From positions 5,440,001-5,504,000 of the forward strand of contig OZ001293.3 of NCBI GenBank assembly GCA_963921275.4: a DNA stretch of 64,000 nucleotides, read 5' to 3'. Source of the stretch: an uncultured Hormoscilla sp. Lineage in GTDB: Bacteria > Cyanobacteriota > Cyanobacteriia > Cyanobacteriales > Desertifilaceae. The position numbers were made by a program, and so were the translations under genes. The notes beneath the pieces are model-generated. The model saw only the letters and a list, made by a program, of their open reading frames with translations, was not told the origin of the DNA and made no database searches. Positions 21,864 through 33,320 of this stretch are shown piece after piece; position 1 is the first letter of the stretch; each line of letters starts with the position of its first letter.

Positions 21864-22840
21864 ACAATGAACGAGATGCCGAAAAGCAATTGATTGTCAA
21901 GAATGCCGAACAGGAGTCGGAGGCGGCAGCATCCTCTCTATCCATGGAAACAAAAGAGTCGGCTGAAAATGTGGAGAATAAGGGAGAGGCAGAAAATGCT
22001 GTAGGGTCTGGGGAAGCGGCGACTATTAGCGCCTCGAAGTCGCCGTCGGCACCAGAGTCGGGGGAAAAACTTCCAGAGTCGTCCGAAAAAATCCAGGGAA
22101 AAACAACAGGCGATCTGCATCTGCAAGTACGGTTGAAAGCAGCAGGGGACCACCTGCTGTTAATGCTGCCTCCAGAAACAGAATTCGGGGGAACCTGGAA
22201 CGAGTTGTGGCAGCAGTTGCAACTGCGGTTTCAAGGGGGAGTAAAGTTTTGGCAACCCCAAAGTCAAGTGCATCTGATGGCCAGAGAAAGGTTACTGGAT
22301 GGGCGGCAGTTACAGGCGATCGCGGACGCCCTGTCCCAAGTGCAGTTGCAACTGAAGCGAGTGGAGACAAGTCGGAGGCAAACGGCAGTAGCAGCGGCCA
22401 CCAGTGGCTACTCAGTAGAACAGATATCACCCGATCGTCACCTACAGCAAGCACCAGAGGCAGAACCCCTAGCAGAACCACTATATCTGGAAACAACCGT
22501 GCGATCAGGAGTAGAGATCCGTCACCCAGGAAATGTGGTAATCTTAGGAGATATCAACCCAGGGGGTGCAGTAATCTGCCAAGGAGATATCCTAGTATGG
22601 GGGCGTCTGCGGGGAGTGGCCCATGCAGGAGTAGATGGGAACAGCGACTGCCTCATCATGGCCCTGCAAATGGAACCAACCCAACTGCGGATCGCTAATT
22701 ATTTGGCCAGAGCGCCCCAGGAACCACCAGCCCAATATTACCCGGAAGTTGCCTACGCGACCACAGAGGGGATTAGAATAGCCAGAGCCTCGGATTTTAT
22801 GAAAAAGCCAACGGACGAGCAGCGAAGGAAAGAATCATGA
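21860..22840 (+). CDS. minC: Septum site-determining protein MinC
   Basis: TVRSGVEI, GDINPG, WGRLRGVAHAG; precedes minD. Confidence 0.93.
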   Translation: MNNERDAEKQLIVKNAEQESEAAASSLSMETKESAENVENKGEAENAVGSGEAATISASKSPSAPESGEKLPESSEKIQGKTTGDLHLQVRLKAAGDHLLLMLPPETEFGGTWNELWQQLQLRFQGGVKFWQPQSQVHLMARERLLDGRQLQAIADALSQVQLQLKRVETSRRQTAVAAATSGYSVEQISPDRHLQQAPEAEPLAEPLYLETTVRSGVEIRHPGNVVILGDINPGGAVICQGDILVWGRLRGVAHAGVDGNSDCLIMALQMEPTQLRIANYLARAPQEPPAQYYPEVAYATTEGIRIARASDFMKKPTDEQRRKES

Positions 22841-23637
22841 GCCGTATCATTGTGATCACATCTGGGAAAGGAGGGGTGGGAAAAACCACCTGTACCGCCA
22901 ATTTGGGCATGGCACTAGCGCAGCGGGGTCGGCAAGTGGTACTGGTGGATGCTGACTTTGGACTGCGGAATTTGGACCTACTGCTGGGGTTGGAAAATCG
23001 GATCGTTTACACGGCAGTGGAAGTGATAGCTGGGGAATGCAGGTTGGAACAAGCTTTAGTCAGAGATAAGCGCGAACCCCGGGTGACCCTGCTGCCAGCA
23101 GCTCAAAATCGCACGAAAGATGCTATTAACTCCGAGCAAATGGCCCAGTTGATCGAAAAGTTGGCAGCAGGTGGCTACGATTACATTATCATAGATTGCC
23201 CCGCTGGCATAGAGACGGGCTTTAAAAATGCGATCGCCGCTGCGGAGGAGGCAGCGATCGTGACGACGCCAGAAATAGCGGCAGTCCGGGACGCGGACAG
23301 GGTGGTAGGCTTGTTAGAAGCAAGCAATATCAAAAAAATTAATTTAATAGTCAACAGGCTGAAACCAGCAATGGTAGAAGCGAATGATATGATGTCAGTA
23401 CAGGACGTGCAAGAAATTCTGGCAATTCCCCTCATGGGGGTGATTCCCGACGATGAGTGCGTGATTGTATCTACTAACAAGGGAGAACCTGTAGTCTTAT
23501 CGGCAAATAGTTCCCTCCCGAAGGCGGCATTTGCCAATATTGCTGGCCGTCTGGAAGGGGAAAAGGTTGACTTTCTGGAGCTCAAAGAACAAAATGAAGG
23601 TTTCTTAGCCCGGATCAAACGCCTGTTTTGGAAATAG
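22837..23637 (+). CDS. minD: Septum site-determining ATPase MinD
   Basis: SGKGGVGKTT, DFGLRNLD, DCPAGIE. Confidence 0.97.
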   Translation: MSRIIVITSGKGGVGKTTCTANLGMALAQRGRQVVLVDADFGLRNLDLLLGLENRIVYTAVEVIAGECRLEQALVRDKREPRVTLLPAAQNRTKDAINSEQMAQLIEKLAAGGYDYIIIDCPAGIETGFKNAIAAAEEAAIVTTPEIAAVRDADRVVGLLEASNIKKINLIVNRLKPAMVEANDMMSVQDVQEILAIPLMGVIPDDECVIVSTNKGEPVVLSANSSLPKAAFANIAGRLEGEKVDFLELKEQNEGFLARIKRLFWK

Positions 23638-23700
23638 TGGAACAAGCATTGAAGAGTTCGGTAAAGCAGTGACAAGTTGTAAAAATATCCCCCGCCAGCG

Positions 23701-23994
23701 ATGCTAAGCGAAATATTAGAAAAATTGTTTCCCTGGACAAGCAATCCGAATAGTCGCGAGGAAGTAAAGCGTCGCCTGAAAGTAGTGCTAGCATACGATC
23801 GGGCGGGTTTGAACCCGGAGATGGTGAGGAAAATGAGGGAGGAAATATTAGAGGTAGTATCTCGCTACGTGGAAATTAATTCCGAAGAGTTGGAGTTTTT
23901 GATCGAAAACAACGATCGGGCGACAGCATTAATAGCAAATATGCCAATTAGAAGAGTGAAAGTCAGGGAATTTGAGTCGGAAGCGGAAGGGTAG
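23701..23994 (+). CDS. minE: Cell division topological specificity factor MinE
   Basis: [13 protein letters not shown]...[10 protein letters not shown]. Confidence 0.95.
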   Translation: MLSEILEKLFPWTSNPNSREEVKRRLKVVLAYDRAGLNPEMVRKMREEILEVVSRYVEINSEELEFLIENNDRATALIANMPIRRVKVREFESEAEG

Positions 23995-24010
23995 TAGCAG
24001 AGAGAAGAGG

Positions 24011-24499
24011 ATGACAGATATTAAAGAAACTATGAGTTGCGACTCTTTAGCAGAATGCGTGAAGGCATTGTCTATGTCGGCGATAGAACGTCACGTATTT
24101 ATATGTGCAGATCAGACAGTGCCGAAATGCTGCGATAAAGAAGCGAGTTTAGAATCATGGAATTACTTGAAAAAGCGCCTGAAAGAACTGCAACTTGATA
24201 GGCCCACAGAGGCCCGATCGGGTAGCATATTCCGCACGAAGGCCAATTGCCTGCGAGTTTGTCAACAAGGACCGATTGTAGTTGTTTACCCCGATGGAGT
24301 ATGGTATCATAGCTGCACGCCCGCAGTGCTGGAGCGGATTATCGCATCCCATCTGCTGGGTGGGGAGGTACTGTCGGAATATGCCTTCCTGACCCACCCC
24401 TTACCAGAAGTAGCGCCCGGCCAACAGGAAATGGCCATAGAGGAATCTGAGGAATCTGAGGAATCTGAGGAATTTACAGGTTCAGAGACCGGGGCATAG
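24011..24499 (+). CDS. Thioredoxin-like (2Fe-2S) ferredoxin
   Basis: HVFIC...KCC...[22 protein letters not shown]. Confidence 0.88.
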   Translation: MTDIKETMSCDSLAECVKALSMSAIERHVFICADQTVPKCCDKEASLESWNYLKKRLKELQLDRPTEARSGSIFRTKANCLRVCQQGPIVVVYPDGVWYHSCTPAVLERIIASHLLGGEVLSEYAFLTHPLPEVAPGQQEMAIEESEESEESEEFTGSETGA

Positions 24500-24585
24500 G
24501 AAAAAGAACACGTTAGAATAGGTATAACCCCGTTAATACTGTATAATAGATATAAAGCGAGTAAAGCAAAAAGAGGGAAAAGAAG

Positions 24586-25224
24586 ATGGAAAATCAGAAG
24601 CGACTGCTACTGGTTGACGACGACCCTAACCTAATCTTGCTAGTCAGGGACTATCTAGAATTTCGAGGGTACGGCGTCATGACGGCAGATAATGGTAGAC
24701 AGGCGTTAGAGATTCTAGAACAGGAATATCCGGACATGATTATCTGCGATGTGATGATGCCGGAAATGGACGGATACACACTAGTAAAACAGGTGAGGGA
24801 AAACCCGAAAACAAATTTAATCCCATTTGTATTTCTATCGGCGAAAGGTCACAGTGCAGACAAGGTGAAGGGATTGAATAGGGGGGCTGATGTCTATATG
24901 GCGAAGCCCTTTGAGCCAGAAGAGTTGGTGGCGCAAGTAGAATCATCCCTGAAGCAGGCATTGCGCTTGCTGGTTCACAAGCCTCCGAGGGCAATTTCGA
25001 CAGAATCAATATTCCAGAACGTGCCTGCGGACGTAACCTTGACCCCCACAGAGTTAAAGGTGGTACAATTTGTATCCCAGGGGATGGCGAATCGGGAAAT
25101 TGCGGAGGAAATGAATATCAGTCAGCGGACAGTGGAAAGCCACGTGTCCAATATGCTGGGTAAAACTGGCCTGCATAACCGCACGGAATTGGCTCGCTGG
25201 GCCATGGAAAATAATATGGCTTGA
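24586..25224 (+). CDS. ycf29: NarL/LuxR-family response regulator (Ycf29/Rre1-like)
   Basis: Receiver domain (VDDD, DVMMP, KPF) plus LTPTE...SQRTVESHVSNML HTH. Confidence 0.8.
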   Translation: MENQKRLLLVDDDPNLILLVRDYLEFRGYGVMTADNGRQALEILEQEYPDMIICDVMMPEMDGYTLVKQVRENPKTNLIPFVFLSAKGHSADKVKGLNRGADVYMAKPFEPEELVAQVESSLKQALRLLVHKPPRAISTESIFQNVPADVTLTPTELKVVQFVSQGMANREIAEEMNISQRTVESHVSNMLGKTGLHNRTELARWAMENNMA

Positions 25225-25469
25225 AAATAGGATGACCAGGGATCGGAGTCAGCAATCGCACTCCGATTCCTGCTAAGTACATAGGCAAAATTATTTTGAT
25301 ATTTTTTCCAGCCGTCAATTCCATAGAAGTTAAATCCATGAAAGCCTTATGGGATAGGGATTTCAGTCATAATTTTCTTGCAAGCTCGCCTAAACCACAA
25401 ATATAAAAATAATTTTGCACAACTACTTATGAGATCCGTTCGATCTGGAGCGCCGCGCCTGCGGCCTGC

Positions 25470-26600
25470 TAGTAGACCACGCCGCAAATAATTCCGATAA
25501 CTTAGATGAGCAACGGCTTACCGATATAAGTCCAGCGAAACGGTTTAGCTAAGGTATCATTAAAGAAATCAATGAATGCGAGAATACGAATGCATGAGTT
25601 CTTCAACCTTCGATGTCTCCTGGGATCTCGATGTTCCCCGGGAGCTTGATGTCCCCCCACCAGGGGACGTGCTAGGCGCACCACCCCCAAGACATCATAT
25701 TCGCACTACTTGGGGAACATCGTACTCGCACAAAAGGGGAGACATGGACGTGAAGTTGCCAGCTGTGAGCAAGCGGCGGGTCAAAATCCCAAACCTTCTT
25801 TCCACCTGATTGAGCCATGAGCAATGTTTAAGAGTATACACTTGCGCGGATGCTAGGCTAGCGATTTTGCCAAAAATCTGCACGGGAAGCCATGCTTTGG
25901 AGAATACCCGACTTCCCCTTCAAACCTAATGTCTCTTCAATGCCGCACAACTCAGCCACAAGATTAACCAGACTTTCTTCTTTGTGGGTATTCAACTGGT
26001 CGCAAATAAATATCCATTGACCCTGGGGGTCGGTTTCCACAGCGGATATGGCAGTTCTCATATTACTGTAATATGTCGGAGATTGCGTCGGGGGGGGGTA
26101 ACTCTATGAAGGCATAAGTGACTCGCCTTACTCCCCCCCTCGCTCCGGCCCTGAATATGCCAGGGCTTCCAGGGCGCGGTTTGTCTGCCTTTAGCTTGCC
26201 AATCCGCTACGATGTTTCCCGAGAGCTCGATGTTTCCCGGGAGCGCTAATCGCACAAAAGGGGAAACATCGTAGTCGCACAAAAGGGGAAACATCTACCC
26301 GCAATTCTTTAGACTTACCCGTGAATTTTTCGTTCCTCATGGGCACCCTCTATCCACCTCTTCCGCCAAAGACCGACAGGATCTTCCCACATGTCGTCTT
26401 GGCTAACGTTTTGTTATTATCGCCGGCGGCCGCTTTCAGGACAATCTGTGTCCGCACCACCTGTGCGGCGTTTCACGACTGCGGGCAATCCCTGAGAGCA
26501 GTTCGGGAGTGTTCTGGCATGAGGTTGAGCGGTTTCGTCGGTCGGGCCATGTTCTTTCGTTTTGTGTTTTTGTAACTTAGCTGTGATTATAACACACTAG
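25470..26600 (-). mobile_element. Degenerate IS630-family element carrying palindromic repeat insertions
   Basis: ICDQLNTH, KHCSWLNQVERRFGIL, FNDTLAKPFRWTY fragments; limits approximate. Confidence 0.75.
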
Positions 26601-26830
26601 CCAACATTTGTGCTCTTATTGCGGTAGGGAGCACCACTGAAATTATGGCCCGGCAAGGGTTTCAGCCAATCCTGATGCGAGTTATTGCCTCGGCTAGCTA
26701 TATTATCAGATATATTTGCGGTGTGGGCTACTAGTCATTTATTTTCGCCATGCTATACTAGGGAAGAGCATTTTTACTTTTGACTCGCGTGGGGGAATGT
26801 AAAGAAAAGTAAAATAATCCTGAAATAGGG

Positions 26831-26860
26831 TTGCCGATCGGACCGAGGCTTTGCTATAGT
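26831..26860 (+). promoter_or_regulatory. Putative sigma70 promoter of the tRNA gene
   Basis: TTGCCG-N18-TATAGT ending 12 nt upstream of the tRNA. Confidence 0.5.
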
Positions 26861-26872
26861 GTTTATATAAAT

Positions 26873-26944
26873 GCCGGTGTGACTCAGGGGTAGAGTAGCT
26901 GATTTGTAATCAGCCTGTCGCAGGTTCAAATCCTGTCACCGGCT
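26873..26944 (+). tRNA. trnT: tRNA-Thr(TGT)
   Basis: Acceptor GCCGGTG/CACCGGC, D stem ACTC/GAGT, anticodon arm GCTGA-TTTGTAA-TCAGC, T loop TTCAAAT; no encoded CCA. Confidence 0.9.
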
Positions 26945-27305
26945 TTGTTTCACTGATTCGGATGATTCGTAATTGATTCGTAAGCTAATTGAAAGCGATC
27001 GCATGTTTAACATGCCCACACCTCTATCGGCCGCACCCAAGATTCCAGGGTTTTCTTGGCAGTCGCGATCGCCTCTTGGGTGGGATCTGCTGCGAAGCTT
27101 AACAGGTTAATTAACTCCCAATGTTGATAGACCGGTGATTGCTATGACGCTTCACGCCTCGCTACCTTTGCTAACAGCCCTGTTCTTAGTAATGCCCATC
27201 GCCACCGCTGGGCGGCCATCTCGTCCAGACATTTAACCTCGATCTACCAGAATCTCAATCGCCAGGATATCGATGGGGTCTGAACCGTAGCAATCAGTAT
27301 TCGCA

Positions 27306-27536
27306 CTACTCCGGAGACATCACTCGCTCAATCTGGTGTTGATGATGTTCAACCCAAGCCTTGACGACAGTGCCGTGTAGGCGATCGCGTGTTCCATACC
27401 CAAGGGATAAAGTGACCTCTCTTCCGCAATTATCAAAAGTGAACTGCCTGCCAACTCTGCGGTATTCGACAGGCTTTTTGCCTACTTGAAAATCCTCAAA
27501 GTATTGGCGCTTCAATGGGATAAATAATGGTTTCAT
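27306..27536 (-). CDS. Small ASCH/PUA-like protein, possibly truncated
   Basis: LFIPLKRQYF..F..GKKPVEYR pattern of ASCH domains. Confidence 0.55.
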   Translation of the reverse strand: MKPLFIPLKRQYFEDFQVGKKPVEYRRVGRQFTFDNCGREVTLSLGYGTRDRLHGTVVKAWVEHHQHQIERVMSPE

Positions 27537-27594
27537 AATTTTCTGTTGTTCAGTAGTAGTGCAGCGGCGAGCATCTTTGGAGTAGGTAGGCTAA

Positions 27595-27780
27595 AGAGGT
27601 TAATGTTCAATAGCACCCGAGCGCTCTGAGGAAATAAAAACCTTGGGGCGGTCCGACATCGTTTACCAGGCAATCGGTCCTTCTGTGAACATCAGAGGTT
27701 AATGTTCAATAGCACCCGAGCGCTCTGAGGAAATAAAAACCTTGGGGCGGTCCGACATCGTTTACCAGACAATCGGTCCT
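27595..27780. repeat. 99-bp direct tandem duplication; second unit interrupted by an IS and completed at 29028-29050
   Basis: Units begin at 27595 and 27694. Confidence 0.85.
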
Positions 27781-29027
27781 GGGTGCATCTCACTTTTGCA
27801 TCTGTGACCTATCATAGACTTTTATCATAGATAAAATTTATTGGCTTTTGCCAAGGATGCATCTTACTTTTGCAAAAACATCATGTAGAAAGGGCCCCAT
27901 TTATATAAGCACAACGTCAAGAAAGTATTTGGAAAATGTTGGATATATTCCATTGAGCCTCTGAAATTTTTATCCGTGTTCCAATACGTTTAATCACTGA
28001 TTCTATTGAACCAGAACCGATATAACTCACTGATTCTAACTGATAATACTGATAATCAATTATTCAAAAACGATGTTTTTCCAAATAATTACATAAATTC
28101 TGAGTTTCTTTTTGATCCGATTGAATAATAGTATTGTTTCATCAACTTTTCCCGACCAGAGGATATTTTTAGCTTTTTTTATCCTCGTAGCCTCCCACTT
28201 TATGAAGATTTTGAGATGATACCAATCTAATATTTCTCTTCTCTTGCCTGGTTCGCCTATCTGTTTAAATAATTTCCAAATTCCTTGCATGTCCATCTCC
28301 TAGACAATAAAATGGAGCCAAAAGTTTTTGACAATTTACCCAGTTGGCTTGAAAAAATGCTCCGCAATATATCCCACTGACTGCTTTATAATCTTTCCAT
28401 TCACAAGCTTGTCCTTTTTCTTCTGTTCTAATCCTTGCTTTTCCTCCAGGCGACTTCTTTCACTCCCAATACTGATGTTGGCAACTCAAAATCCTGCCTT
28501 TGAACTAATCTATGTAATGTACTATGACTAATTTTTATTCCCGTGAGCTCTGCTAAATCATCTTTTGATAAGATTCATTCGCACAAATTAACATAGCATT
28601 TTTCTCCATTTTGGGACTGGATTTCACATGAGACTTCAAAATAATTAGCTTGTCGATTGGTGATTGATATCTTTCCCACATGTCAATTGACGTTTTTTTC
28701 CTGTTTTTATCCCCGTATTCAATAATTTGTGAGTTCTGGACCCACTCTTTCGAGCAGAAAATCGTTCAATTTCTAAATCTTAAAAATTTTCCTTGGAAAA
28801 TTTTTACCAGTAGAGCCAAATTTGTTTTTGTCTATACATTCGTCAATTTCAAATTCCTCCATATCAAAAAGTTGTTCTGGGTTCATAGCAGCAAGAAAAT
28901 AACTTCAATCTATCATAGATAATGTATAAATATCCAAAAGACTGCAAGTTTTTATTAGATAAATATCGAAGACTCATCATAGATATTTATCTATGATGAG
29001 TCACAGATGCAAAAGTGAGATGCACCC
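27781..29027 (-). mobile_element. ISKra4-like element, degenerate transposase
   Basis: Long TIRs GGGTGCATCTCACTTTTGCATCTGTGAC, 11-bp duplication CAATCGGTCCT, REILDWYHL and GSGSIES fragments. Confidence 0.8.
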
Positions 29028-29116
29028 CAATCGGTCCTTCTGTGAACATCTCAGCTAAAGCTATGGGGGCCTAGTAGGCCCCGGCTTCAGGGTATCGTCC
29101 GATCGGCGTAGCTACT

Positions 29117-30141
29117 AGACATCTCCAAAAATAAAACCCTTGTCAGCTCTGGGTTTTAAGCTCTACCTCCCATGCTCACATATGTTACTCAAACGGCAGA
29201 ATCGGGGTTTGATAGATTTCCTGTTAATAAAGAGATCCAAAGGTGGTACTGGTTAATCTCAAGTTTTTCAGAGCTATCAACAGATTCTAATACTTCTAAA
29301 ATTCGCGCAATCTAACCAACCCAACTTTTGTCGAAATTACCGATTCATATTTATCAATATTTAACCGAAATCGCTCGCTGGCAACCCGGAAAAATTTTAC
29401 CAATGACCTGTTCAACGAAAACGGGAAGAAAAATCTCTATTTTCTTCTTTTTGTTTAGCTGTTAATTCTTGTTTTTTCGGTTGTTTTTATTTGAGGTTCT
29501 CCAATATAGGCTTTATCCCCTGCAAAAATTTGATCTGGATCGAAAACGACGCTCGCAAGATTTATATCGCTTGCTGGGCCTCTTTCTCCAGATACAACAT
29601 CGACAAGATATGCACGCTACCAGGTAAAACAATTAATTGATTTTTCAAAGTATTTCTTCTTACCTGAGTAAAACTTTTTCTGCTCTTCATAGTCTTTAGG
29701 TCTTGGTATGGCTTGCGCTATCGACTATCAACTCATATTCTGTGTTTGGATAAATATTCTTCTCGATTTTTTTTGTTTGTTCAAGTAAACAGCAAAAGAT
29801 CTTGCCAATAATTAAAAATCTCATTAGCTTTCACCCAAAAAGTATACCTAATACTTGAAATGTTAATCCTTGACACATCAAAGTTTATTTGCTCTTATAC
29901 TAATAATTTAGGTTTCGCCCCCACGACGTATCAATCTAGTTTTGTGTTCTTCCACCTTTTCTTTATGATTTTTATCCAATTTTTTAGCAATTGCAATAAG
30001 TTGTATTAAGTTTTCATAGCTGATACCGATGAGCCGTTTTGCTTCTTTAGGCTTGGCTTGCAAATATGTCCAGGTAATACTCGTCACAAAATTAAATTTT
30101 CAAATCTTATTATAGCATAAATTTCTATTTTGGAGATGTCT
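29117..30141 (-). mobile_element. IS5-family (ISL2/IS702-like) element, degenerate
   Basis: TIRs AGACATCTCCAAAA, 3-bp ACT duplication, RPKDYEEQKKFYSGKKK fragment. Confidence 0.75.
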
Positions 30142-30468
30142 ACTCGGTTGACATCATCTCGATCGAAAATTACAGCAGTAGTTCGACTGAAGCCCGCATC
30201 AGCCGCTTCCATTACATCTCTATATCCATATCCTTAATGGAAATGGCAAAATCGAAATAGTTGGCTGCATTGACGAGGCAGCGAATCTTGTCTCCATCGG
30301 CATAGACCAAAAACTGAGTGCGATTAGCTTTTTTTTCAGACTTGCGTCTAGTTTCTGTTTTCTTTTCTCGAAACTGCTCGCTGTTACCTCCACATCTAGA
30401 TAAATTATAACTCCTGCGTTCCCTCGATTGGGGCTGCGATAGGTTAAAACCGACTAAAAACATGATGC

Positions 30469-32238
30469 TTAAAATGATTGTAGCCACCCTTGACAAAATT
30501 GTCTTGGCAGATGACTGTTATTCAAAATTGCTGAGCACCACTTGCGCACTGAGTTTACGACGTAGATGCGATCGCACTTTGGCAGAGCCTCTAGGGCGAT
30601 CGTTTGTTCCCGGACTTTTCCCCGTGCGAGCAAATGGGCGCGAAAGGTACCGGGCAACAACCCGCACTTGACTGGCGGCGTCAGCAGTTCGCCGTGCATT
30701 TGCACGACAATATTCCCAAAGCAGGTTTCTGTAATCTCGCCCCGATGATTGTACAAGAGAACATCGTCGCAGTCAAGACCAGCAGAACGGGCCCGATCGT
30801 ATACCTGACGATTAGTAGTTTTGTGATATAAAAATGTATTAGTAGCATCAACTGGGCTTGCAGCTAAACTCAGTCTTACTGGTTCAGTAGTTGCATCTAA
30901 GGTCGTCGCCTCCCAGGTTATATTACCATCTTGGGCTACAAGTAGCCGGACCTTATGGGGTTCATGGGGCAAGGATGTTGCCAATGTATCCAGCTGATTT
31001 TTCACCTCTTCGAGCTCGCAGGAGATGCTAAAATAAATAGCTGAATCTTGCAGACGTTGGAGATGATAACTTAGCAAAAAGTAGCCAGTATCCGGCGTCC
31101 ATAGCATGGTCTCTAGCAGGGAGAAGTTGGGGCGATTTATCGTGAGAACTCCCGCCTTTACCTGACATTCTACATACTCCTCCTGACTGACTGAGTCCCA
31201 GACAATGCCACTACCAACACCATATTCGGCTTGGCCTGCTTGTTTGTCAATCAATACAGTTCTAATAGCGACGTTAAATTGAGCCTGACGCTGGGGAGAG
31301 ATAAAACCGATGCATCCGGTATAGATCCGACGTGGTGTCCTTTCCAAATCGCGAATAATCTCCATGGTGCGAGATTTAGGTGCTCCGGTAATAGAAGCGC
31401 AAGGAAAAAGAGCAGCCATGATATTATCTATTGAGGCACTTGTGGTGGCTGTAACGGTAGATGTCATTTGCCAGAGGGTGGGGTAGCGTTCTACATCAAA
31501 CAAACTGGGAACTCCCACGCTGTTGATCTCTGCAACTCGCCCCATGTCATTGCGGATCATATCTACAATCATCACATTCTCAGCCCGGTTTTTTTCGGAA
31601 TAAGCCAACCACTCCGCCATCATGTTATCTTCAGCTAAGGTCAGACCCCGTGCTGCTGTCCCTTTCATCGGACGGCAGGTTAACTGCTTGCCTGATAGAC
31701 GGAAAAATAGTTCTGGGGATGCCGAACAGATGGTAAACCGATCGGTCTCCACATAGGCGGCATAATTGGCCTGCTGCGATCGCGCCAATTTTCCGAACAA
31801 TGAGTAGGGGTTGCCCGCAAAAGGGGCATGGAGGCGGAGGGTATAATTTACCTGGTACGTTTCCCCCCGGGCAATCTGTTCCTTGATAGTTGCGAGCGCC
31901 AGATCGTATTCTTCCCGACTGACTGAAGAATACCAGTTCAGATTATAATTTCCATTAGCCTCTGGAAGTTGAATGACTTTCGGTTTCTGGTAAAGTCCAA
32001 ACCAGAGTAAGGGAAATGAGTCCAGAGAATGGGTATGGAGAGACTCCTCAAAGGCGGGTGCAGCTTCATAACTGATAAAACCCGCCCCATACAGCTTGCG
32101 AGCGCGGATCCTTGCATTTACTTCCGCGAACTTCGGCACTACTTCTGACAGGCGATCTGCCCTCACCACCATTTCCGGAGATCGGAAGCGCAGCCATTGC
32201 TTATTTTCGGCATCATAAATTACTAATTTATTGCTCAT
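30469..32238 (-). CDS. pabB: Aminodeoxychorismate synthase component I fused to an aminotransferase class IV (ADC lyase-like) domain
   Basis: SASPELFF, PMKGT, ENVMIVDMIRND, SITGAPK; C-terminal HKTT and GLLPGTFR. Confidence 0.92.
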   Translation of the reverse strand: MSNKLVIYDAENKQWLRFRSPEMVVRADRLSEVVPKFAEVNARIRARKLYGAGFISYEAAPAFEESLHTHSLDSFPLLWFGLYQKPKVIQLPEANGNYNLNWYSSVSREEYDLALATIKEQIARGETYQVNYTLRLHAPFAGNPYSLFGKLARSQQANYAAYVETDRFTICSASPELFFRLSGKQLTCRPMKGTAARGLTLAEDNMMAEWLAYSEKNRAENVMIVDMIRNDMGRVAEINSVGVPSLFDVERYPTLWQMTSTVTATTSASIDNIMAALFPCASITGAPKSRTMEIIRDLERTPRRIYTGCIGFISPQRQAQFNVAIRTVLIDKQAGQAEYGVGSGIVWDSVSQEEYVECQVKAGVLTINRPNFSLLETMLWTPDTGYFLLSYHLQRLQDSAIYFSISCELEEVKNQLDTLATSLPHEPHKVRLLVAQDGNITWEATTLDATTEPVRLSLAASPVDATNTFLYHKTTNRQVYDRARSAGLDCDDVLLYNHRGEITETCFGNIVVQMHGELLTPPVKCGLLPGTFRAHLLARGKVREQTIALEALPKCDRIYVVNSVRKWCSAILNNSHLPRQFCQGWLQSF

Positions 32239-32449
32239 TTCAACATTTTAGATCGCATCCGAATAATTTATACCAATTTATTTGGCGTTGTGATAGAGAA
32301 AAAACTGCTACCCTCTCGTTCCCAGGTTCTACCTGGGAACGGTCTTCTTCCTGCCTCGTATCCTATCTATGCATCCGTGCAGAGTCAAGTCACCGAATAT
32401 GTTTAATAAAATAGTATTACACTAATACTTTAGGTTGAGTTGAGGCACG

Positions 32450-33320
32450 GGATGGGGTCGAGCCGGGAATCGCTTCCCGACCCTCCCTTTCGGAACCGGA
32501 CTTGCGATTTTCACCGCATCCGGCTACTGGGTACTAGGCCCTTTTCATAGGTAGACTTAATAGGAATTACTTCCGTTAGCCCTTGCCGCCTGTCTTTTCT
32601 TCCCTTTCCTGGTTTAGCGAGTGGTTGTTCTGATAACCGTTAGTATCACCATTTTCAAGTCAGTTTTACCAGTTATCCATACCTTATCCGAAACGCAAGT
32701 GGAGGATTAGTTCCGTGGCTTTTTAGGATTACTCATTCCAGCAGCTTCCTAGTATCACCGACCCACGTCAGCGCTGGCTACCCAGCATCATCTACATTAC
32801 TGTAGATGTTATCCCAGGAATTACCCCGGGCATTCGCTTCTTGGGCCATCCCTCCCCCCGTGGCTTGCGCTTAACATCTAACTTGTCCTGATGGACAGCA
32901 CACGAGAGGTTACTTCGTTCCCTAACAACATTTCGCGATACCTTTAGGTCCACACTATACCCCGGGAGCTATTTGAGTACTATATTAGCCAGAGTCTAAA
33001 ACTAATACTAGCTACCATTTCCTTTTTAGGCCAGCGCATATAGCCTTATTTCGCTGGTTCCTTATAACGAGGCTTGCACATGTTTGCCTGCTCTAACCTT
33101 GGATATCTTTCCTAGCGGCGTCACCGGCTTAGGCTGCCAGTTATCCTACATTTGAGTCCTCGCTTAGCACCACGATGATGTCGCTTCGTAGCACCGAGGA
33201 CCGGTGTCACCCCCGTACCTGGGGGGAGGGGAATTTAACCCCCATGCGGTCAGAGTTCCCGGCTAATGAAACCGGGCTAGCGTTCCGTGTTTGACCACGT
33301 TAGGCTAGAACGAATCGCAC
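32450..33320 (-). mobile_element. ORF-less group II intron family A, copy 4 (871 nt), inserted in a REP palindrome
   Basis: Reverse complement of 7656-8526; flanks rejoin to TAGGTTGAGTTGAGGCACG|AAACCCAACCTAC. Confidence 0.93.

Noticed and set aside
25320..25350. Loose palindrome TGAAAGCCTT-N-AGGGATTTCA with relatives near 13557, 26638, 29135 and 54720
   Set aside because: Too degenerate to call a binding site by eye; occurs mostly in or near mobile-element debris
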